From the NCBI RefSeq assembly GCF_000142905.1, contig NW_013657651.1, positions 342,167-406,166 of the forward strand: a stretch of DNA of 64,000 bases, given 5' to 3'. The stretch is from Thecamonas trahens ATCC 50062. Lineage: Eukaryota; Protista; Apusomonadida. A model generated the notes under the pieces. That model saw only the letters and a list, made by a program, of their open reading frames with translations. It did no database searches and had not been told where the DNA came from. Shown piece after piece: positions 55,381 through 64,000 of this stretch. Made by a program: the position numbers and the translations under genes. Within the stretch, counting starts at the first letter, position 1, and the number at the start of each line of letters is the position of its first letter.

Positions 55381-58300
55381 GAGGCAAAACGCGACGGCAA
55401 GCGAGCCACAGACCACGCCGAGACCAATGACAAAGTACTCTCGGTTCTCACGGTGGATAAAGTACAGGATCTGGCCGCATGACAGCACGCCCACCGCGTA
55501 TGAGAGCGCGGTGTGGTAGACGTTGAGAAAAGGGTCCATGGCAGCAACAAGAATGATGTTGAGGCAAAAGTTGAGGACCGCCGCGAGGAGGCGCGAGCCG
55601 GCCTCACGAACAAGGACGGTCTCGGCAGCAAAGGTGAACGAGACAAAAACTGCAGCGTGCGGAACCACAGCCGCGAGTCGCGGAGGCCGCGGATGACAAT
55701 GCCATACCGCTCGATGAGAACGTCGCGATCGAGCCCGTCAGCAGAGCGCGAGAGGCGAAGCGAGATGACAAAGCCGAGCAGCGGGAAGCCGGCACAAAAG
55801 AACACAGCAACCGTCCAGGCGAGTGGGGCTAGGCCGAGGTGGGCTCCTTGGTAGCAGATTATGGTGAGGTCGGCGGCAAGTCGCGACGTGCCATCGCCGG
55901 TGTTGACGCAGTACAATGCCTGGAGTGTGCGAACAGCGATCTGGAGATAAGCAAGCGAGCCGAGAATAAAGGTGGCATGGACAATGCGAGACTGCATGAG
56001 CATGGCAGTCGAGACGTGTCTCGCGGCAGCTTCAGCTTGCTCCTCGGCAGAAGACAGCGAGCTCGAGTCGAGATCGGACGACGCTTCGGCCGCATCGCGG
56101 TCGAGACCCGATACAGCCGCATAGGCCGAAATGGCACCGACAACGGCAACGCCTGTTGACAACGCGTCCTCACCCACTGCTGCTGTTTGCGACCTCAGCG
56201 CCTCGACGTGCGATGCAGCACGGCCGAGAACACGCCAAGCGCCGGCCGCAATGACAAACAGCGCCAAGGAGCCTGCCAGCAGCACAAGCGTGCCGTAGTA
56301 CAAGCCTGGAAATGAGATCTTGGGAATCGAGCACCCGGGTCGAACAGTCTCGATCTCAAAGTTGATGATGGCTGCAAACCGGACGACGCCGCCGACCACC
56401 GGCGATGTATCCGAGTCCGAGAGCTCTTGCAGGCCTACCCGCGAGACCATAGCCATCTGCTGGAGCACAACCAGCGTCGAAACAATGAGCACCACTCGCT
56501 TGGCCGAGAGCGTGGCAAGCCCCCAAGCAATGGTCCCAATGAAAGCCGCCAGTGAAATGAGCACAACCGTGAGCTCGGCGTTGGCCGACGCATCCGAGCC
56601 GCAGCTCCGACACACCCCATTGTCCATAAAGTAGGCAGCCGCACACTCGGCACAAAACTGGCCATCATACTCGGAGGAACAGACTGCGGTGCGGCGGGTG
56701 CCGTCCGGATTGATCAAGGGCGGAAGCCCGCCGCCGCCGACCGCGCCCGGACACGCGGCCCGGATGCGACACGGCGTCGGCTTGGTAAACTCACTTGGTG
56801 ACCACCAGCCAGGCAGTGGCCACATGCGCTCGCCGCCCGGGCAGTGTGCGCCCGGCGGGCAGACCTGACACACCCCGTTGTACAGTACGTAGCCCTGGCG
56901 GATGCAGCCATGGTCGACGTAAAGAAGGTGCTTGCGCAGGACCTCGGTCGAGACCGGGTTGCCCGTACTGCGGTCGTACCGCGCCACAGTGACCGGGTGG
57001 TAGCCGGTATTGTTCGAGAACGTCGAGTTGAAGACGAGGCCGTGGCGGACCGTGTCGATGATGAACGGAACGTGGACTCGAGTGGCAACTGCATCTGGGT
57101 TGGGGTACGACTCGAGGATGACATCAAACGAGTAGAGCGAGACGTCAAAGAACGAAGCAGCGTTCGGGACCCTGGTAAGGAACATGGTGATGCCGCCAAA
57201 CATGTCAGATGCCGATGGGTTGAGGAACCACGATTCCGGGACTGGGAGGTGAGCCGGTGGAGGAGGCGGTGACGGTGGCGGCGGTGGTGAGGGGGAGGGA
57301 GGTGGCGGTGGTGACGGGGAGGGAGGTGGCGGTGGTGAGGGGGAGGGAGGTGGCGGTGGTGGTGACGGCGGTGGTGGTGAGGGAGGAGGTGGCGGTGGTG
57401 AGGGGGAGGGAGGTGGCGGTGGTAAGGGGGAGGGAGGTGGCGGTGGTGGTGACGGCGGTGGTGGTGAGGGAGGAGGTGGCGGTGGTGAGGGGGAGGGAGG
57501 TGGCGGTGGTGGTGGCGGTGATGGTGGCGGTGGCGGCGGCGGCGATGCACTTGCGGCGCACGAACTAGATCCAATTGGTGGCGAGTAGCTGCCGTCTGCT
57601 TGGCAAGTATGGGGACCGCCGCCGGAGAATCCGCTATTACAGACAACTTGGAGAGTATCACCAACCGGTGCGTTGGTACTCGAGGTGATAGCGTTGGGCG
57701 GGATAGCGCTGTTTGGCGGCGGTGTGGCGGACGGGCAGACCTCATAGTAGCGGATGTCGATGGTTGGTCTGTTGCTGGTGACGATGTTGCAGGTATCGCC
57801 TGACCCGCACTTGGCACCTAGCTGATAAACATAGAGAACAAGCGTGTTGCCAGTAAAGAAGTTATGGTTTGCCCAGTCCTGCAGAAGGTCGCGGAAAGCT
57901 GGAGTCGAGAGGGTGACCGTGTTGCCGCCCGAGTCGACCTGGTCATAAAAATCGGCTGAGAGAGCCGACTTGTCCAGGTTATCGTACGAGTAGGTGGTAT
58001 CCCAGGGCGGTTGGCTCAAATCAGCGCTTTGGGTAGCACTTGGGACGTCAAAGTACTTGATGGTGATGTCGGTCGGTTGGTCAAAGATGAATTGTGAGAA
58101 CGTGATGCTGGACGCGTCGGTGACATAGATCTGGCCAGTTGAGGACACGACTTGGGTGGAGAGCCGGAAGAGAACAGCACCAACCTCGCTATTGGTAGCC
58201 AAAGACCACAAAGTTGGGCCAGTCATGGTGTCACCGTTGCTCACCAACATCTGACCAGTGTTATCCTGCTCTGCCGTGTGCGTTGATTGCTTCTCGGTTG

Positions 58301-58385
58301 CCCCGAGAGCAGGAATGGCGACGAGCAACAGCACAAAAGCGAGGCACGCGACAGTGGGCGCAGTCACAGGGTATAGAAAGCGCAT
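54695..58385 (-). CDS. Large cell-surface multi-pass membrane protein: signal peptide, sushi/CCP, Ser-Pro extensin-like stalk, Cys-rich region, about 7-9 TM; frameshifts near 55650 and 55087
   Basis: Signal MRFLY...PALG; sushi C...VGDTLQVVCNSGF...TCQADGSYS...C; (SPPPPP)n; CQVCPPGAHCPGG...PGWW...C...GQFCAECAAAYF; TM helices with ALYC...LAADLTIICY. The TM region continues in the ORF at 54961-55668. Confidence 0.8.
57253..57545 (-). repeat. Coding Ser-Pro(4-6) extensin-like repeat
   Basis: Degenerate tandem ggtggcggtggtga(g)ggggaggga units encoding SPPPPPPSPSPPPP. Confidence 0.9.
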
Positions 58386-58670
58386 GAGAAAAAAGGAAAG
58401 GGATACACTTGACGGAGGGATGGACGCAACAGTGTAGCAGAGTGCGCGAGGGGGACGAGAGGAGTAGGGAAGTCGGTAGCAGCAGTGCTGTGTGGTGTGG
58501 TTGCGAGTGGAAAGGAAGAGTGTGACGAGCGGACAATTTGAGGAAGAGTGGCGCGTGCGCGTGTCACGGCATTCCGGGACTAGTATCGGTTTTGTTGTTG
58601 CATGCCATCCGATGAAACTGTCAGGCGGCTGTCAACGCCGGGACTCGAACGGAAGCGGAGGCCAATGCAA

Positions 58671-59836
58671 CTATGACGATGATGATGAGGAGGAGGAAGA
58701 GGAGGACGAGGACGACGACGACGACGATGAGTTACGATAGAGTGCACCGCGAGCTTCGTCATCGAGGCCATGCTTGAGAATGTGCTCGTAGGTCTTGTAG
58801 GTCTCGATGTTGCGCTTCATGAGATCCTCAAGCGGCCAAGGAGACGGACAAAGGCGTCGCGGTCGAGCGAGACAGTGTACGTCTTTTCGAGAGCAACAAC
58901 GGTGGCGGCGCGGCGTTGACGGTTGACAAGCGCAATCTCACCAAAGTAGTCGCCGGATGAAATGATAGCAAGCTCGATCTCGGGCCCATTGCCTTTTGTT
59001 TGGCGGACCGAGGCGCGGCCGGTCTCGAGGATGAAGAACCGCTTGCCCTTGTCGCCCTGGCGGAGAATTACCTCGTCCTTTTGAAACGTGCGCGGCTGGA
59101 GAACTTGTGCGACGTTGCGGAGCTCGGGAAGAGTCATTTCGGCAAACAAAGGAATGCGCTGCAGGAGCTGCAGATAGAGGCGGCGGCGTTGGTCGTCCGA
59201 GTTGACGAGTGTCCGCTTGAAAGTCATGCGGTCGAGACCCCACACAACACAGTCAGTGGAGGTCTTACAGGTAGCGGCACGCGGCGCGTTGTATAGCAGG
59301 GCAAGCTCACCAAACGAGCCACCCTTTTCGATGGTGAGCACGTTGGCGCCCGAGACAAAGACCTCGACTACGCCACGCCCCAAGATGTAAAAGTAGTCGC
59401 CGGTATCGCCCTGCTTGATGAGCTCTGTTCCTGCGCGGACCTTCTTCTCAAACATGGCGTCGATGACCTCCTGCATGAGATCCTCGCGCAGGTCCTTGAA
59501 CAGGATGTTGGTGGCAAGGACCTTGGCGATGGCTGCCGCCGACGCTGCCGGCTTCTTGTGGACGACCTTTTTGTACTCGCCACCGCCTTCCGACGACGGC
59601 ACGATCGACTCAGAGTAGATGGAGGTCCGTCGCCCGCCGCGGGGAAGCGCACGCATCCGCTGCATTCGCTTCTGCTCCTCGGCGGGTGAGAGGGCGCAAG
59701 ACCGTGAGTCGGAAGAGTTTGAAGCTGACGACGACGAGCCGTCTGCGGACGACAACGACGCGTGCGAGCCCCTCCGCCGTGGATGGCTATTGCTACTGCC
59801 TTTAGGTGGGTCGTTGCGGGACGAGCCGCAGCCCAT
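58671..59836 (-). CDS. PRKAR: cAMP-dependent protein kinase regulatory subunit; one-base frameshift near 58834
   Basis: RRTSI inhibitor site and two cNMP-binding domains (FGELALLYNAPRAAT; FGEIALVNRQRRAATV). Adding one C restores LLGPLEDLMKRN and the stop at 58671-58673. The N-terminus is MGCGSS. Confidence 0.92.
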
Positions 59837-60157
59837 AATTGCAAGAGAGCGCGTGTGCGGTACGGCGGTTGCGCCTTCCGAGCAGCTTCCCACAAACGCA
59901 ACGCCGGCAGCCGTGTGCAGCGAGAGAGGGCGGGATGAAGGGGGCGGCGAAGGGAGTGGAGGAGAAGTGAAATGGGATGGGCGTGAGAGGAAAGTGAGTG
60001 TGACGAGGTGTGTATGTACGCGCGTGTGTGTATGAGTGTTTGTGCTGGTGAGCGGGTGAGAACGGCACGGCAGTGACACTGTTCATGCGAGCCAACGAAT
60101 GGTATCCCTCAACGAGTTGCACAGGGATCAACACTCCACGAACAGCAAAGTAGACTG

Positions 60158-61430
60158 ATGCATGATGCTAGCAGGGGTCATAATGTGGATGGGCTAGGCG
60201 TGACTGCTGTGGTCAAGCAGAGGCGGCGGAGCGAGTTGTCGAAGAGGGTGCTTGTGGGCAAGCGCGGGGCTGTGGTGGACACCGAGGCTGGTCAAGCTGG
60301 GGAAGGGCGTGCGGGCGTCGCCACATCAGGCGTATGGGATGCACCCTGAGATGGAAGGGGTGCTGAACTCGGCGGTTACGTCGGCTGCGGAGAAGAAGAT
60401 GCTGTCCGGGTGGTTCTCGGTTGACGAGGTGGTGGCGATCAGGGCTGTGCTGGTGGAAGGCGGGGACCGGACTGGCGTTGGCGGAAGAGATAGCGACGTC
60501 GAGCGGGTATCTGGGCCGGCCGATGGAGGTTGATCCGCGGGAGGCGTGTGTGCGAATGGAACGCAAAGCTGAGGTGAGGGCAGTGCCCAAGTCTAAGCGG
60601 AGCGTGGTGTTTGCGGCCGAGGGTAGGAGCCTGGCGATGCGAGGGTTTGTGGTCGATAGGAAGATGGTGAGGGCAGTTGTGGCAGGCCAGCACCCGACGC
60701 GCAATGGAATGCTGCGTGTGAGGTTGAAGTTTGGGACTGGCAAGGCAAAGAAGTCGCTATTGTCCAGGTGGATGACGCGGTGCGAGGCGCAGTGGTGGCG
60801 CACTTGGTGATCCAGGAGCAACGGGCGAAGCTAAGGCTGGCGGCGCAAGATGTCGGGGCTGGAGTGGCGTGGAAGCCGACACGTGAGGAGATGGCGCGTG
60901 TGACAGGCGTGCTGCGGCCTGGGCTTGCGCTTGCAGTGGACGTGGAGGCCGGGGTGGTGGAGGATATGCTACGCGAAGCGGTCCAGCGGTGGGTGGTATT
61001 TGACGCCGACAGCAACGCTGTGATTGGAGCTGGCTGGTGTAGCGTGGACGAGGTGGTGGGCGTAGTGGAGGGGATTGCGCGGCAACAAGCGCCGCGACGG
61101 AGGAAGGCGCTGCCGATGGTGTCGGACAGCGGCGATGACGGGGAGTCGTCGTGTGTGATTGGGGCCGGTAGCGATGAGGGGAACAGCGGTTCGAGCTCGA
61201 AATCCAGCGGTGGGATGTCGTCTGGCGAGTACCGCGAGTGGAAGCGGCGCAAGTTCCTGGAGGCGATCCGGATGCCGAGCAGGGAGGAGGTGCTGCGTAT
61301 GCATGTGGAGGAAGGCAAGTCGTGGAATTCGATCCTTGGCGTGCTGAGCGAGGTGAGAGAGCGGCGGCGGATGGTGACCGAGTACTTTATCAGGGGAGGG
61401 CTTGTGAAGGTGGAGGAGGATGGGCAGTAA
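60158..61430 (+). pseudogene. Fragmented hypothetical gene (four overlapping frames)
   Basis: ORFs 60158-60349, 60252-60533, 60421-60810 and 60768-61430 tile into one protein-like string with a repeated GW[FC]SVDEVV motif, but this needs three frame changes. Confidence 0.4.
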
Positions 61431-64000
61431 ATGACGAGGGGCAAGAGTCATGGTGGGGATGGGGGCGATGGCGGTGGCTGCGATCTTGTGTTTGGGTTGT
61501 GTTGGGTGTGATAGAGGTGGTGTTGCTGATGCTGCTGGTGTTGCTGATGCGATTGCTGTCGGGTCGTCCAAGTCACCGTGCCCGTCGTCGTCGGGATTGA
61601 GGCACGGTAGACCGATGGGAGTGGGTGCAGTGGTTGAGGGGAGGCGCGGATGAGGATGTGGTTGAGGGGGAGAGTGAGATGAGGAGTGGCTTGTTCTCGG
61701 CCAGTCGGACTTGGGCCCAGTCATGATCAGTGGCGCAGTTGGCAGGAGGGGTGTCGATGGAGACGAGGGCTTGGGATTGGAGGAGGGAGCAGTTGTGGGC
61801 TGCGGTGCGAGATGGAGGAGGGCGCGGGAGAGAGGGTGAGTAGGATCAGGCTAGGAAGTGGTCATGGGTGCGCCATCGTCAGTTGGTGTCGATGTTGGTG
61901 ACGGAGAGTGGGTGGCTGGGCTGGCGGCGGGCAGCGGAGGTGATGGTGATGGCGACGACGACGACGATGACGCTCATGTGCATCAGGCCAACAGTATCTG
62001 CGTCATTGTACACGCTTGTCCGCTTCTGCTCGTCCTCTGATCCCGATCTTGCGTCCTCATCCTCGACGTCAGCCTCGAACTTGGGTTGTGCGCTCGCTCG
62101 TTTGGGCTGTCGCTCACTTGGCCCGCCCGGCAGCGATCCGGTGCCGATGGTGATACGCAGCAGCTGGCTTGCTCGCGATGTATGGATCATTCATACCTCT
62201 CCCTCGTCACATCCCTCTCATCCTCCCTCTCTCTCCCCAGCAGTCGCAGCCTCGGCCTCAGCCACGGTCACCGCCTCGGGTCGTCATCCGCCATCGCAAT
62301 CATGAACGCCGCCGCCTTAACCATCACTCCCATCGCCAGCCATCGCCATCCCCCATCCCCATCACTATCCTCATCAGCATCAGCATTATCACCAACCTGG
62401 TCATCGCCGCCTCGGGCTTGGGCTTCTCGCGCCACAGCAGCAGCACGGCGCCCATGCCGGCGAGTGGCTGAGCGACGAGCGGCAGGCCGTCACTTGATCA
62501 CTCGCTACTCGCCTCGGGCTCGGCCACAGCAGCAGCGCTAGCTGTGGCAGCCACCACACTCATCCCACTCCAGCCATCTACACCACTCACCTCCTTTCCC
62601 TGTGATCACACCAGCCAGTCCCCCTGTATAGCCAGCCGCATGTCGTGCTCGGCTTGATCTAGCTTGATCTGGCTTGGCTGTGAGTGGTTGAGCGGGCGGG
62701 CAAGCGAGTGGCGAGTTGCTGGCCAGTGAGCAGTCGACAGAAGACGACGACACGGGCAACAGGACACAAGATCGGGCGGCAGACCAGTGTACTCTTGTAA
62801 AACAACCTCACCTTCTATCCCTTCTCCCTCGCTCTCCCTCCCTTTCCTTCGCTCTGACCAGCCCACTGGCCTCGTCTGGCCCGTCATTCCTCGCTCAAGC
62901 AGCTGAATTGGTTGACAGGTGGGCTGGGGCAGGATGGGCAAGGCGGGAAGAAGAAGGGGAGAAGGAGGTGGGGCAAGGGACTGATAGCCACTGCCACTTG
63001 TCTCACTACCCACAAGTAGATCATGCTATACTCGTGCTCTGCCTAGCCTGATCGGGGTTGTGCCGGCGGTGGACGGGTTAACTCGGGCGGCTATAGGAGG
63101 TGAGCAGCAGGCGGCCAGCAGCGATGCTGATAACGGGATGGTGTCAGCTCATGTCAGTATCGAGGCAAGGGGGTTGGGTGGGTGAGATTGTGGGGATAAT
63201 GGGTATGTGTGGTGTGAGTGTGGTGATAGTGGGTGGAGATGGTGGGGAGTGGGGATCGGAGATGGGCCCGGGGAAGGGGGGCTGAGCAGCATCGAATGGA
63301 CACAGGGCCAACAACTTGGGCCGAGCCGGCAGAACTCGGATTCCGGAATACTGCAGCTGTGGATTGGAAACTGTGCATGAGGGTAGTGTGGGCGTGTAGT
63401 AGAGTAGTAGTGAAATCAGATTGGACATATCTTGCAATTTGTGTGGTGGGGGCGTGTGCGGGGTGGGGCGGTCGAGGACGTGCTCAACCACCTAGGGCAA
63501 ACAAGTCGACGCGGAAATGAGCCGAGGTCGATGGGTATCGATGACGGCGATATTTGTACTGGTGATAGTGGACGGTAAGTGATAACCTTGATTGTGGTTG
63601 TGGATTGCGTAGGTTGTGGTGGGAAGAGCTAGGTGGTGATGAAGGTCGGCTGATCGGGCGAGCGGGCGGCGGCTGGCGGCTGGTGGTCAGCGAGGCCGGG
63701 GCAGCTGAGGGGGCTGGGTCGGAGCTGGGTGGCTTGAGATTGTTGTTGGTTGGTGGGTGGGCAGTATGGCATGTGATGATTGAGGGTGTGGGTGTCGGAG
63801 TCGGGAATGAGGATGGGGGCGAGCTAGAGCTCGGAGAGGAGGAGGAGGAGGAGAAAGAGGAAGCGGGTGCGCGATGGGATGGTAGTGGGTATGGCCATGG
63901 CATGGGGGTGAGAGTTGTGGCTGCGACGATGGTGCTAGTGGTGGAAAAGGGGTGAGGGTGGTGGTTGAGGGTAAGGGGGCGTAATGAGTATGGTAGGGGG

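Noticed and set aside
5971-58840. Programmed ribosomal frameshifting or mass pseudogenisation
   Set aside because: There is no shared slippery heptamer, several affected genes are essential housekeeping genes, and the sites sit in homopolymer runs. Sequencing error is more parsimonious.
60158-61430. Intact transposase, Fanzor/TnpB or reverse transcriptase
   Set aside because: No DDE, RuvC, zinc-finger or YxDD motifs, terminal repeats or target-site duplications were recognisable.
1-64000. tRNA or rRNA genes
   Set aside because: No cloverleaf with a T-loop GTTCRA in non-coding context and no rRNA-like stretch were seen. tRNAscan-SE/Infernal would be needed to exclude them formally.

Overview
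GC-rich, gene-dense eukaryotic (protist) genomic DNA with about 30 protein-coding genes. Introns are few, short and GT-AG, mostly near gene 5' ends. Spacers are strand-skewed poly-G/poly-C or microsatellite, and there are four N-gaps. Composition and gene content resemble the apusomonad Thecamonas trahens (inference, not verified). Recognisable genes: THUMPD1/Tan1, DDX52/Rok1, an IQGAP-related RasGAP, a TLC-domain protein, ADA3, TAF12, a CAMK-group kinase, RCAN, alanine aminotransferase, ATRIP-like, COA5/Pet191, THOC5, an FHA-formin, AP-3 mu and a PKA regulatory subunit. The most unusual items are: (1) an apparent single-chain calcineurin (EF-hands + ubiquitin-like domain + calcineurin-A catalytic domain + autoinhibitory-like tail); (2) two adhesome-like adaptors (talin-type FERM-SH3-SH3 with an LD-like tail, and PH-PH-3xCH with parvin-like CH domains); (3) an IQCE-like coiled coil fused to an EF-hand; (4) a 4 x 169-bp tandem array in a bidirectional promoter; (5) a perfect 46-bp inverted copy of a neighbouring gene that replaces part of the AP-3 mu coding sequence; (6) a tandem pseudo-Rab divergently paired with an RNA ligase; (7) a CDP-alcohol phosphotransferase fused to a degenerate cytidylyltransferase. 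About nine genes/sites carry a one-base-short frameshift in homopolymer runs, most likely sequencing error. No rRNA, tRNA, CRISPR array or intact transposon was recognised. All family assignments come from motif recognition by eye, not from database searches.
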